Source: Bacilli bacterium (lineage in GTDB: Bacteria; Bacillota_I; Bacilli_A; RF39; UBA660). From it: a DNA stretch of 64,000 nt. Numbering within the stretch: the first letter of the stretch is position 1; each line of letters begins with the position of its first letter. The position numbers and the translations under genes were made by a program. The notes under the pieces are model-generated. The model did no database searches, was not told the DNA's origin, and saw only the letters and a list, made by a program, of their open reading frames with translations. The stretch lies in NCBI GenBank assembly GCA_017553685.1, contig JAFZKH010000007.1:92656-156655 (forward strand), in the 5' to 3' direction. Below, one piece after another: positions 10,932 to 21,530 of the stretch.

Positions 10932-12863
10932 ATGTTTAAAAAATTAGTAGAAAATATTAACTTAACTAGAGCATCTTTATGCCTTGAAAAAATAACTACA
11001 GGTAATTATAAACAAAAAGTAAAAGCATATGATAAATTAAAGAAAATACCTATAACTAAAGAAATAGGTCTAAGAATAATAGAAATATCTACTAAAAGAT
11101 ATAGTGATGAATTTAAAGACATGAATATTAATTCAATGTTATTACTTCTATTATTTAATAATTTTGATAAAGAATTTTGTGATGAATTAAATAATATTTT
11201 TGATGATTTAGAAGAACAAACTAAATTAGATTTATTATCTTATTTAGCAGATTCCGATAATGTTGATGCAATACTATTATGGAAATATTTAGTTATATAT
11301 AGATTTGATACTAAAGAGAATAAAATACCTATAGGTAAACTTGGATCTAATAAAGAAAACTATGATTTATTATTCCCAGATTTATATAGTATATTTAAAA
11401 CAGATGAAAAGAGATATTCTTTAATTATTTTATTAAATAGCTTTATTAATCTTGGAGTAGTTCCAATAGATGATTTAAAAAAGAATAAGAAAAACTTAGT
11501 TAAGCATATATTAATGCCACTTGAAGAATTATCTAAATTTAAATTAAAAGCTAATGAAGATTATATGACTAACAAAGAATATTTGGGTTTAAGATATGTA
11601 GTAGAATGCACTTTAAACATTGAATATTATTGTAATAGTACTAAAACTAAAACATTATTAGATAAATTATTTAAACATAAAGATAATCAATTAAAACTAT
11701 TTGTTTTAGAATCATTCATTAAAAAGAAAAAGAAAATTAAAAGTCTTAACTTAACACCTATAGCTAAAGACTTAAGAAGTAGATATCTTTTATATAATTT
11801 ATTATCTTTCTATGGCGAAGAAAAATTAATGCCAAAAAAATATAATAATGAAAAAGATATTTATGAATCAGAATTATATAATATTTATGCAAATACTTAT
11901 AATTATGAAAAAGAACCTGAATCTATTAAATTCTATAAACAAGTAGAAAGAGATGGAAAGAATTATTACCTATATAAATTTAAATCAAAGAAAGATTATA
12001 ATTCAGTAGTTAAAGATTTTGCAACAGATTTTATATTAAAAAATAATCATTTAGATAAATATTTAGAAAACATAGAAGAAACATATATTGGTATTGGTGG
12101 AGGAAGAGAAGATGGAGATCTTCTTACATTTAATCCTGAAATAACTAAATACTTTGATGTTTATGATAAAAAGAAATCTATTGATGATTATTTAGATATA
12201 TTCTTTAAAAAGGAAACTACTGAAGTACCAACTGTAGTAGATGAGCCTTCTATTAGAACTCCAGAAGGAGAATTAGAAGAAGCAAAGAATGCTAAACTAA
12301 AGAAAATATTTAATATGAATGTATTCTATATTTTCCAATCAGCAGTAATAATTATATTACTTGTAGTATTAATTTTATATATAAATGATATTAATATATT
12401 TAGATTAAATAAAGGTAAATATAAAGTGGATAATATTACATATAAATCTACTGAATTTTCTAAAGTAACTGATTTTAATGAAATTAATGGACACGATATA
12501 TATAATGGAGAAGATGAAGTATATTATGTATTAGTATTTAAATATAAAGATTCTTCAGAATATTATACATTTATTAAAACTCTAATAGAAAACAACTATA
12601 AAGTATTCTATGTAGATTTAAGTAAAGAAGATAATATATTCTTAAAAGAACCAAATGAAACAGGATTAACTATTACTAAAGATAGATTTATAAAAGTTAA
12701 TAATCATGATTTTGAATACTATGTAGATGGTAAAGAATTTATATTAAAAGAATTAAAATCTGAAACTAATGAAGTAATTAAACAAAATACTTTAAGAAAA
12801 ATAGAAGAAGAAAATAAGAAAAAAGAAGAACAAGAAAATGTTGAAAATACTCCAAATGAGTAG
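10932..12863 (+). CDS. Hypothetical membrane-anchored protein (helical N-terminal region, one TM segment, C-terminal domain)
   Basis: Long ORF with RBS and TGATATAAT promoter; hydrophobic stretch AVIIILLVVLILYI. Confidence 0.75.
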   Translation: MFKKLVENINLTRASLCLEKITTGNYKQKVKAYDKLKKIPITKEIGLRIIEISTKRYSDEFKDMNINSMLLLLLFNNFDKEFCDELNNIFDDLEEQTKLDLLSYLADSDNVDAILLWKYLVIYRFDTKENKIPIGKLGSNKENYDLLFPDLYSIFKTDEKRYSLIILLNSFINLGVVPIDDLKKNKKNLVKHILMPLEELSKFKLKANEDYMTNKEYLGLRYVVECTLNIEYYCNSTKTKTLLDKLFKHKDNQLKLFVLESFIKKKKKIKSLNLTPIAKDLRSRYLLYNLLSFYGEEKLMPKKYNNEKDIYESELYNIYANTYNYEKEPESIKFYKQVERDGKNYYLYKFKSKKDYNSVVKDFATDFILKNNHLDKYLENIEETYIGIGGGREDGDLLTFNPEITKYFDVYDKKKSIDDYLDIFFKKETTEVPTVVDEPSIRTPEGELEEAKNAKLKKIFNMNVFYIFQSAVIIILLVVLILYINDINIFRLNKGKYKVDNITYKSTEFSKVTDFNEINGHDIYNGEDEVYYVLVFKYKDSSEYYTFIKTLIENNYKVFYVDLSKEDNIFLKEPNETGLTITKDRFIKVNNHDFEYYVDGKEFILKELKSETNEVIKQNTLRKIEEENKKKEEQENVENTPNE

Positions 12864-12879
12864 TATAATACATTTAACA

Positions 12880-13110
12880 AAGCGATGAGTAAGAGGAGTA
12901 AATTACTTAGTAATTACAAGAGATGAAAAGTCACTGGCTGAAAGCTTTTCTTAATAAAAAGTAATTGAAGGTAGCTTAGGAGCTTATTAATTGAACTAAT
13001 AGTAAATTAATACGTTAACTTACGTTACAGTTTTAAGGTTATAGAAATATAACGAATTAAGGTGGTACCACGACTAGATCGTCCTTTTGGATGACTAGTC
13101 TTTTTTGTTT
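12880..13110 (+). promoter_or_regulatory. T-box riboswitch (valine)
   Basis: GCGATGA/AGTA/AGAGA/GGCTGAAA stem I motifs, GAAG-GTA specifier (Val codon), AAGGTGGTACCACG T-box, GACTAG...CTAGTC terminator with T tract. Confidence 0.92.
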
Positions 13111-13124
13111 TAAAGGAGGCATTC

Positions 13125-14042
13125 ATGAGTGTAGAAGATATTATACAAACACATGGTTATAATGAAGATATAGCTAATTATCTTAGAAAAGTATATCCAT
13201 TATATGTAGAAGAATTTAAAAATGAAGTAATTGTATATAATGCTCTAATGAAAACCCCAATAGTATTATGTGATAATGTATATGAATGCCTAAAAGAACA
13301 TGGCCACCTAGATGATAGAGAAGATAATGAAATGGTTCCATTAGAAACATTAAAAGTATCTTCAGGTGTATATGATTGTTCAGTAAAACTATCATATAAT
13401 GAATTATCAAAAGAATATACAATAGTAAATGAAGATAGAATAGTAGCAATAAATGCATATTCTTTAAAATTAGATAGTAAAAAAAGTACAACTAGTCATG
13501 AACTAGGTCACTTAATAAAAGCATTATTTAATGAACATATTATTAAAGGTGATACTTTAATTGAAAGATCTGGTTTAATTACTAGAATATATCAATTATC
13601 ACATGAAAATGGTAAAGTAAAGAAGACTCTTTGGAGTGAAACTGGTGTTGGACTAGAAGAAGGTTTAAATACAGTCTTAGAAGAAAGAATAATGTCTAGA
13701 TTACTTGAAAAAGGGTTTGAATCATTGGGTTATCAAACAATGAAAGGACTAGCACTTAAAGTAATGAATGCATATAATATTCCTGATTTATGGGAGATAT
13801 TTAAAGAAGCAGAACTATATCATGATAATTCAAGAATAGATAGTGTATTAGGAAATGTATTTTATGAATTAATTGAATTTGCTGATAAATTATATCCACT
13901 AAATGTTGAATTATTAAATATGAATACATCAAGTGAAAGACAAGATGAAGTAAAGAAAGAAATGATTGAATTAATTAATGCAGAATATGCGCCAATATCA
14001 GAAAAATTAAAATCTATAGGACAAGGTTCTATAGAAATGTAA
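13125..14042 (+). CDS. Hypothetical protein, putative HExxH zinc metallopeptidase
   Basis: SHELGH plus downstream GLEEG (gluzincin-like third ligand); RBS AAGGAGG. Confidence 0.6.
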   Translation: MSVEDIIQTHGYNEDIANYLRKVYPLYVEEFKNEVIVYNALMKTPIVLCDNVYECLKEHGHLDDREDNEMVPLETLKVSSGVYDCSVKLSYNELSKEYTIVNEDRIVAINAYSLKLDSKKSTTSHELGHLIKALFNEHIIKGDTLIERSGLITRIYQLSHENGKVKKTLWSETGVGLEEGLNTVLEERIMSRLLEKGFESLGYQTMKGLALKVMNAYNIPDLWEIFKEAELYHDNSRIDSVLGNVFYELIEFADKLYPLNVELLNMNTSSERQDEVKKEMIELINAEYAPISEKLKSIGQGSIEM

Positions 14043-14057
14043 GGAAGGAGAATAAAA

Positions 14058-16589
14058 ATGTTAGATACAAAATATAATCATTTAGAAATTGAAAAAAATA
14101 AATATAATACATGGAAAGAAAAAGGTTACTTTAAAGCAGATAATGAATCAAAGAAACCACCATATTGTATAGTTATACCACCTCCAAATGTAACAGGTAA
14201 ATTACATATTGGACATGCTTATGATACTGCTATACAAGATGCAATTATAAGATATAAAAGAATGAAAGGTTTTGATGCTTTATGGCTTCCTGGTATGGAC
14301 CATGCAGCAATAGCTACAGAAGCTAAAGTAGTTAAGAAACTAAAAGATATGGGTATTGATAAATATGAGTTTGGAAGAGAAAACTTCCTAGAAGCTTGTT
14401 GGGATTGGACTCATGAATATGGAGATAATATTAGAAATCAATGGGCTGGTTTAGGTTTATCAGTAGACTATTCTAGAGAAAGATTTACATTAGATGAAGA
14501 CCTTAATTATGCAGTTAGAAAAGTATTTGTAGACTATTATAATAAAGGACTTATTTATAAAGGTGAAAAGATAATAAACTGGGATCCTGCTGCTAAAACA
14601 GCTCTATCTAATGAAGAAGTAGAATATGCTTCTGAAAAGAGTGCATTTTATCATTTAAAATATCAATTAGAGGGTTCAGATAAATACTTAGATGTAGCTA
14701 CAACTAGACCTGAAACTTTATTTGGAGATACTGCAGTAGCAGTTAATGAAAAAGATGAAAGATATAAAGATTTTGTAGGTAAGAATGTTATTCTTCCAAT
14801 TATGAATAAACCAATACCAGTTATAACAGATGAACATGCTGATATGGAAAAAGGAACTGGTTGTGTTAAAATTACTCCTGCTCATGATCCTAACGACTTT
14901 GAAGTAGGAAATAGACATAATTTAGAAAGAATTATCATAATGAATGATGATGCTACTATGAATGAAAATGTTCCTGAAAAGTATCAAGGAATGACTAGAG
15001 AAGAGTGTAGAGATACTGTTCTAGAAGATTTAAAAGAACAAGGATTATTACTTGAAGTAGAACCACTAGTACATGAAGTAGGGCACTCTCAAAGAACTGG
15101 TGTTATGGTTGAACCAATGGTTAAAAAACAATGGTTTGTTAAGATGGCACCACTTGCAGAAAATGTATTAAAATTCCAAGATGATAAAGATAAAAAAATA
15201 AACTTTGTACCAAAGAGATTTGAAAAGATACTTAGACACTGGATGAATATATCATATGACTGGTGTATATCTAGACAACTTTGGTGGGGTCATAGAATAC
15301 CTGCTTGGTATAAAGGTGATGAAATATATGTAGGAATGGAAGCTCCAGAAGGTGATGGATGGGTACAAGATGAAGATGTGCTTGATACTTGGTTCTCATC
15401 TGCATTATGGCCATTTTCTACACTAGGTTGGCCAAATAATACTAAAGATCTAGAAAGATATTTTCCAACTGATTGTTTAGTTACTGGTTATGATATTATA
15501 TTCTTCTGGGTTGCCAGAATGGCTTTCCAGTCAGAATATTTAACTGGTTATAGACCATTTAAAGATTGTGTAATTCATGGACTTATAAGAGATGAACATG
15601 GTACTAAAATGAGTAAATCTCTAGGTAATACAGTAGACCCATTTGAAATGATAGATAAGTATGGAGCAGATTCTCTTAGATATTATTTAACTACTGAAGG
15701 ATCTATGGGATTAGATCTTAACTTTAGTGAAATAAAATTAACTGCTACATGGAACTTTATTAATAAAGTATGGAATGCTTCTAGATTCGTTTTAATGAAC
15801 ATAGAAGACCTAAAAGAAATTAAATTAGATAATTTATCATCTATAGATAAATGGATTCTTACTAAGTATGAAAATACATTAAAAAGTGTTACTAAACACA
15901 TGGATAAATATGAATTTAATTTAGCAGGTACAGAAATATATGAATTCACATGGAATTATTTCTGCGATTATTATATAGAAATGGCTAAATATTCTATAGA
16001 TAATGAATCTACTAAGAGTACTTTATGTTATATACTAACAGGTATAATGAAGATGCTTCATCCATTTATGCCATTTGTTACTGAAGAAATATATCAAATA
16101 TTACCAGTAAAAGATGCAGAGAGTATTATGATATCTTCATATCCAGAATATGATAAACATTTAGTATTTGCAAATGAAGAAATAATAGTAGATGATCAAA
16201 TAGATTTTATGAAGAAATTTAGAAATATTAAACAAGAGAATAATATGACTAAAGATCTAAAAATATTATTTGAAGATAGTATCTATAATGATCTAGTAAT
16301 AAAAGTTCTAAGATTAAATGAAAACTTAATTAATGAACCATTAAGCATTAAATCTTATCCAGTTAATAGTAATAATATAAAAGCTACTATATATTTTGAA
16401 AAAGAAGAAACAAAAGAAGATATAGAAAATAAACAAAAACAAATAGAAGATTTAAAAGCATCTATTTTAAGAAGAGAAAAACTATTATCTAATGAAAACT
16501 ATGTAAATAAAGCACCTGCTAACATAGTAGAAATGGATAGAGTTAAACTACAAGAAGAAAAAAATAAACTAGAAGAATTATTAAAATAA
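14058..16589 (+). CDS. valS: Valine--tRNA ligase
   Basis: PPPNVTGKLHIGH, WCISRQLWWGH, KMSKS, C-terminal coiled coil. Confidence 0.98.
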   Translation: MLDTKYNHLEIEKNKYNTWKEKGYFKADNESKKPPYCIVIPPPNVTGKLHIGHAYDTAIQDAIIRYKRMKGFDALWLPGMDHAAIATEAKVVKKLKDMGIDKYEFGRENFLEACWDWTHEYGDNIRNQWAGLGLSVDYSRERFTLDEDLNYAVRKVFVDYYNKGLIYKGEKIINWDPAAKTALSNEEVEYASEKSAFYHLKYQLEGSDKYLDVATTRPETLFGDTAVAVNEKDERYKDFVGKNVILPIMNKPIPVITDEHADMEKGTGCVKITPAHDPNDFEVGNRHNLERIIIMNDDATMNENVPEKYQGMTREECRDTVLEDLKEQGLLLEVEPLVHEVGHSQRTGVMVEPMVKKQWFVKMAPLAENVLKFQDDKDKKINFVPKRFEKILRHWMNISYDWCISRQLWWGHRIPAWYKGDEIYVGMEAPEGDGWVQDEDVLDTWFSSALWPFSTLGWPNNTKDLERYFPTDCLVTGYDIIFFWVARMAFQSEYLTGYRPFKDCVIHGLIRDEHGTKMSKSLGNTVDPFEMIDKYGADSLRYYLTTEGSMGLDLNFSEIKLTATWNFINKVWNASRFVLMNIEDLKEIKLDNLSSIDKWILTKYENTLKSVTKHMDKYEFNLAGTEIYEFTWNYFCDYYIEMAKYSIDNESTKSTLCYILTGIMKMLHPFMPFVTEEIYQILPVKDAESIMISSYPEYDKHLVFANEEIIVDDQIDFMKKFRNIKQENNMTKDLKILFEDSIYNDLVIKVLRLNENLINEPLSIKSYPVNSNNIKATIYFEKEETKEDIENKQKQIEDLKASILRREKLLSNENYVNKAPANIVEMDRVKLQEEKNKLEELLK

Positions 16590-16646
16590 TCTTCTAGTTT
16601 TTTCTTTTATATTATGATATAATTTTTTATAGAAAGTAGGGATTAT

Positions 16647-18998
16647 ATGAAATATTGTACTAACTGTGGTAACAAACTTAATCCAAGTAATAAGTTTTGT
16701 ACTAACTGCGGTAAAGAAATTAAAAGTGAACCTGTAAAGAAAGAGGTTAAACAACCAAAAGAATTTAATGTAAATAATCTTATTCTTTATGTAGGTGTAT
16801 CTTTAGTTATTTTAGCAACATTTATATTTGCTATTTGTACTTGGGAAAATATGTCTGGATTATTTAAGATATCATTCTTAACATTTGAGACATTACTATT
16901 CTTTATTATTTCTTTTACATTTGCAAAAATAAAGAATAATGGATTATCAAAAGCATTTTATTTACTTGCTGTTATGATGATTCCAATAATTCTATATACT
17001 ATTCCAGTATATGGTTTATTAGGAGACTATCTATCATATAAAGGAGCAGGTATATATGTATACTTAGCAATTTCAAATTTACTTTGTACAGGTATATATT
17101 TTATGTCATATATGCTTCTTAGAACTAAAGCATATACATTTATATCATATACATTTGCTTATGGAACAATATTAAGTGCTTTCTTAGCGTTTGAAAGAAG
17201 TATATCATTTGTAATGATTGCTAGTTTAGTATTTATATTACTTGTAATAATACTTAACTTTATTCTTAGAAAAGATTCATTCTTTAAAAGATCACTTACA
17301 TTATTTACAAGTATATTATTTTCAATATTAAGTGTATATATGATATTTGCAATATTTATTGAATTTAATGATAGTTATATTAAAGGATTTGATTCAATAA
17401 ATCTAAATCTAGTATTAATTGCAGTATTATATTTAGCAAATTCATTCGTATTTATTTATCAAAATAGAAAATCTGTATATACATATGTATCTCCATTTGT
17501 AATATTACCAAATATATTTGTAATAATTGCTTGTTTAGTAAAGAGTACTTTATTAGGAGTATGTATATTTGCAGGTGCTGCATTAGTTATATATGTTTTA
17601 TATCTATTATATAAAAATAAATATCTTAATATTACATCAAAGATAGTTACATATATAGCATTATATTTAATGTTACTATGTACTTTATCAGGAACTAATT
17701 ATAATTCAGATATGTATATAGGAATGGCTATAGTAGGTGCTATAACTCTTGGATTTAATATAATTAATAGATTTAAAGAAAACTTTAAATGGGTATCAGA
17801 TGCATTAATACCATTCGCATGTATATTTATAGTATTTGGTACAGTTAAAACATTTATAGATTTCTCTAATATATTTATAGTATTATTACTAGCATCAGTT
17901 TATTTAGTAGTTTATATGTTCTTAAAAGCATTTAATAAACCAATAAATAAAATATATTATATATATGCTATATCATCAATGATTGTAGCTATATTAATGT
18001 GTACATATACTACAGGATCAATATATGTAATATTCTTAAATATATTACTAGTATTATTATTTATATTTGTTTCATTTATGGAAAAGCAAAGTGCATTAAA
18101 TATAATTACATTTATAGTTCTTGCTTGTTCATTATTAAAAATAAAATTATTGTTTGATATTGATGAAAGAATAATATTTGCATGTATTTCATTAATTGCT
18201 ATAGTAGTAGGTATTATTATTAGAAATACAAATAAAGTTTTAAGTAAGATTTACTTATATTTAGGTCAAATATTATCATTAATACTTGCTCTTACAATTA
18301 GTACTTATACTCAATATATAGTAACTGCATTAATTGGAGTATTATATGTAATTTCATTTGTATCTATTTGTTTATTTAATAATTCAAAACCATTTAGAAT
18401 AATAGCAGAAATGGTTGGATTAATATTAATATTCTTAATTATAAATTCAATTATTACAGTAACATTATTTAGTACAATTATTACATTATTTGTATACATG
18501 ACAGTACTTGTAGTATTTGGATTAACAGGAAAAGAAAAAGCAGGAACAAATATTATATTATCAACTGTTTGCTTAATTCCATATTATGATTATGTATTTA
18601 ATAGTGGTAATACATTTGGAATAACTAATCAATTAGTAATTCTTCCATTTATAGTATATTTATTTGTACTAGCATTCTATTTCAAAATGTCAGATAAAGC
18701 TAGATTTCATGTTATATTATGGCCACTTCTAGTACTATCTACAATTGCTATTAATACAACTACAGTAGGAGTAATATTTGCATTAACATTAGCTCTAGCA
18801 TATATCTTTATAGGTATTATAAAGAAATATAGATATTTAGTTACTTATGGTATTATTTACATATTTGTAACTATAGTAGTAGAGTTAATGAAACTATTTG
18901 ATAACCTTGCTTTATTAATTGCAGTATTGGCTTTAGGATTAATCTTAATACTATATGTAGTTATTAATGAAGTTTATAAGAGTAAAAAGAATAAGTAA
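16647..18998 (+). CDS. Zinc-ribbon domain polytopic membrane protein
   Basis: YCTNCG...FCTNCG N-terminus followed by roughly 20 or more TM helices. Confidence 0.8.
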   Translation: MKYCTNCGNKLNPSNKFCTNCGKEIKSEPVKKEVKQPKEFNVNNLILYVGVSLVILATFIFAICTWENMSGLFKISFLTFETLLFFIISFTFAKIKNNGLSKAFYLLAVMMIPIILYTIPVYGLLGDYLSYKGAGIYVYLAISNLLCTGIYFMSYMLLRTKAYTFISYTFAYGTILSAFLAFERSISFVMIASLVFILLVIILNFILRKDSFFKRSLTLFTSILFSILSVYMIFAIFIEFNDSYIKGFDSINLNLVLIAVLYLANSFVFIYQNRKSVYTYVSPFVILPNIFVIIACLVKSTLLGVCIFAGAALVIYVLYLLYKNKYLNITSKIVTYIALYLMLLCTLSGTNYNSDMYIGMAIVGAITLGFNIINRFKENFKWVSDALIPFACIFIVFGTVKTFIDFSNIFIVLLLASVYLVVYMFLKAFNKPINKIYYIYAISSMIVAILMCTYTTGSIYVIFLNILLVLLFIFVSFMEKQSALNIITFIVLACSLLKIKLLFDIDERIIFACISLIAIVVGIIIRNTNKVLSKIYLYLGQILSLILALTISTYTQYIVTALIGVLYVISFVSICLFNNSKPFRIIAEMVGLILIFLIINSIITVTLFSTIITLFVYMTVLVVFGLTGKEKAGTNIILSTVCLIPYYDYVFNSGNTFGITNQLVILPFIVYLFVLAFYFKMSDKARFHVILWPLLVLSTIAINTTTVGVIFALTLALAYIFIGIIKKYRYLVTYGIIYIFVTIVVELMKLFDNLALLIAVLALGLILILYVVINEVYKSKKNK

Positions 18999-19065
18999 TG
19001 CTTATTCTTTTTTATTGTAATAAATATATATAAATGATATAATTTTTATGTGGAAGTGATTATAT

Positions 19066-20772
19066 ATGAAATTAAAAAATAGTTATTTTTATACTATTAG
19101 AGAAAATATAAAAGATGAAGATAGTACTTCAGGTAATTTACTTGTTAGAGCAGGTATGCTTAAGAAAACATCATCAGGTATATATATGTTTATGCCACTT
19201 GGATTTAAAGTACTAGAAAATATTCAAAAAATAATTAAAGAAGAAATGGATAATGCTGGTGCATCAGAACTTTTAATGCCTGCATTAATACCTGCTGATG
19301 TATATGCTAGTGCTAATAGATTAGATGCATTTGGTAAAGATATGTTTAGATTAAATGATAGATTTAATAAAAACTATTGTTTAGGACCTACACATGAAGA
19401 ATTATTTACTATGGCTGCTAAATGTAAAGTAAATTCATATTCTGATTTACCATTTACTTTATATCAAATACAAACTAAGTTTAGAGATGAACCAAGGCCA
19501 AGATATGGACTAATTAGAGTTAGAGAATTTCTTATGAAAGATGCATATTCATTTGATAAAGATGAAGAATCTCTTGATAAGAGTTATATAGCTATGTTTA
19601 ATGCATATAAGAAGATATTTGGAAGACTTGGTATAGACTATAAAATAGTTAGATCTGATGTTGGTGCTATGGGAGGTTCTTTATCAGAAGAATTCCAAGC
19701 AATTACTGATATTGGAGAAGATACTTTAGTCCTTTGTGATAGCTGTGATTTTGCATCTAATATGGATGTATGTGAGTGTGTATTTATAGATGATAAATCT
19801 AATGAGACTCCACTTGAAAAAGATTTAGTTTTAACTAAAGATGCAACTACTAGAGAAAAGTTAATTGAATGCTTACCAGAAGCTAAAACTAAAGAAGTTA
19901 AAACATTAATATATAAAACTGCTGAAAATAAATATTATGCTGTTATGCTAAAAGAAGAATCAGAAGTAAATGAAAGTAAACTTTGTAAACTTCTTGGAAC
20001 TTCTTCAGTAGAATTAGCAGAAAAAGAAGTAGTAGAAAATAAACTTGGTACATATATTGGATTTGTTGGACCAATTGATTTAAAAATACCTGTAGTTATG
20101 GATAACGAAGTTAATAACATGGTTAACTTTGTAGTAGGTGCTAATAAAAAAGATTACCACTATAAAAATGTTAATATAGGTGATTTTGAAGCCTCTATAA
20201 TAGGAGACATTAGGAATGTTAAAGAATCTGATGTATGTCCATTATGCGGAGCTAAATTAACATTTAAAAAAGGTATTGAAATAGGTAATACATTTAAACT
20301 AGGAACTAAATACTCTGAAGCATTAGATTTAATGTATCAAGATAAAGATAATAGTTTAAAACCTGTAGTTATGGGTTGTTATGGTATTGGTGTTGGAAGA
20401 TGCCTTGCATCAATAGTAGAACAAAGATCTGATGATAAAGGTATTATATGGCCTATGAATATAGCTCCATTTAAAGTAGCTATAGTAGTTATAGATACAT
20501 TAAATACTGATCAAATGGATGCTGCTAATCATTTATATCAAGAATTAACAGACTTAGGAATAGATACTATCTTAGATGATAGAGATGTTAGACCTGGTGT
20601 TAAATTCAATGATATGGATTTAATAGGCATTCCAATAAGAATTACTATAGGTAAGAAAATAGTAGATCATATAGTAGAAATGAAAAGAAGAAACTCAGAT
20701 GAAGTTAAAGAAGTTTCTATATTTGATGTAGTATATAATTTACAAGATTTAATTGAAGAAGAAAATATATAA
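19066..20772 (+). CDS. proS: Proline--tRNA ligase
   Basis: LGPTHEE, KFRDEPRPRYGLIRVREF, INS domain, MGCYGIG. Confidence 0.97.
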   Translation: MKLKNSYFYTIRENIKDEDSTSGNLLVRAGMLKKTSSGIYMFMPLGFKVLENIQKIIKEEMDNAGASELLMPALIPADVYASANRLDAFGKDMFRLNDRFNKNYCLGPTHEELFTMAAKCKVNSYSDLPFTLYQIQTKFRDEPRPRYGLIRVREFLMKDAYSFDKDEESLDKSYIAMFNAYKKIFGRLGIDYKIVRSDVGAMGGSLSEEFQAITDIGEDTLVLCDSCDFASNMDVCECVFIDDKSNETPLEKDLVLTKDATTREKLIECLPEAKTKEVKTLIYKTAENKYYAVMLKEESEVNESKLCKLLGTSSVELAEKEVVENKLGTYIGFVGPIDLKIPVVMDNEVNNMVNFVVGANKKDYHYKNVNIGDFEASIIGDIRNVKESDVCPLCGAKLTFKKGIEIGNTFKLGTKYSEALDLMYQDKDNSLKPVVMGCYGIGVGRCLASIVEQRSDDKGIIWPMNIAPFKVAIVVIDTLNTDQMDAANHLYQELTDLGIDTILDDRDVRPGVKFNDMDLIGIPIRITIGKKIVDHIVEMKRRNSDEVKEVSIFDVVYNLQDLIEEENI

Positions 20773-20822
20773 TTTTCTTCTTTTTTAATGGATATTACAT
20801 TTACATAGAGAATAACATATAT

Positions 20823-21506
20823 ATGAATAATATATTAGTCAAAGATATACCTCTTTTAGATAGGCCTAGAGAAAGATTACTTAAATATGGAGTAATTAAT
20901 CTATCTAATGAAGAACTCCTCTCTATAGTGCTTAAAAATGGCACTAAAAATGAATCTGTAATGTCTTTATCATATAATATATTAAAAAGTATAAATAATA
21001 TTACAGATTTAAAAGATATAACTATTAATAAACTAACTAAAATAAATGGAATAGGGGAAGTAAAAGCTATTACATTACTTGCATCTATAGAACTAGGAAG
21101 AAGAGTATATCAAGAACAAAATAATATTAAAATATTATTAAATGATTCTAAGTTAGTATTTAATTACTTACATGATGAATTATATGATAAAAAACAAGAA
21201 TACTTTATAGTTTTATATTTAGATAATAAGAAATATCTAATAGAAAAGAAAATATTATTTATAGGCACTATTAATTATTCTACTGTTCATCCAAGAGAAA
21301 TATTTAAATATGCTTATTTATTATCTAGTTCATCTATTATATTAGTTCATAATCATCCATCTGGAGATACTCTTCCTTCAAAAGAGGATATATCACTAAC
21401 AAAAAACCTAATAGAAATAGGAAAATTAAATGGAATTCCCATAATAGATCATATTATTATAGGAAATAATAATTATTATAGTTTCTATAAGAATAATATG
21501 TTATAA
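20823..21506 (+). CDS. radC: RadC / JAB domain protein
   Basis: RPRERL, HhH GIGEVKA, HPREIF, HNHPSG...D, DHII. Confidence 0.95.
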   Translation: MNNILVKDIPLLDRPRERLLKYGVINLSNEELLSIVLKNGTKNESVMSLSYNILKSINNITDLKDITINKLTKINGIGEVKAITLLASIELGRRVYQEQNNIKILLNDSKLVFNYLHDELYDKKQEYFIVLYLDNKKYLIEKKILFIGTINYSTVHPREIFKYAYLLSSSSIILVHNHPSGDTLPSKEDISLTKNLIEIGKLNGIPIIDHIIIGNNNYYSFYKNNML

Positions 21507-21530
21507 TGAAAGAGTAGGGAGGTTACGGTT

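Noticed and set aside
20823..21506. radC as a marker of a mobile element
   Set aside because: Full-length chromosomal type with N-terminal and HhH regions, uninterrupted
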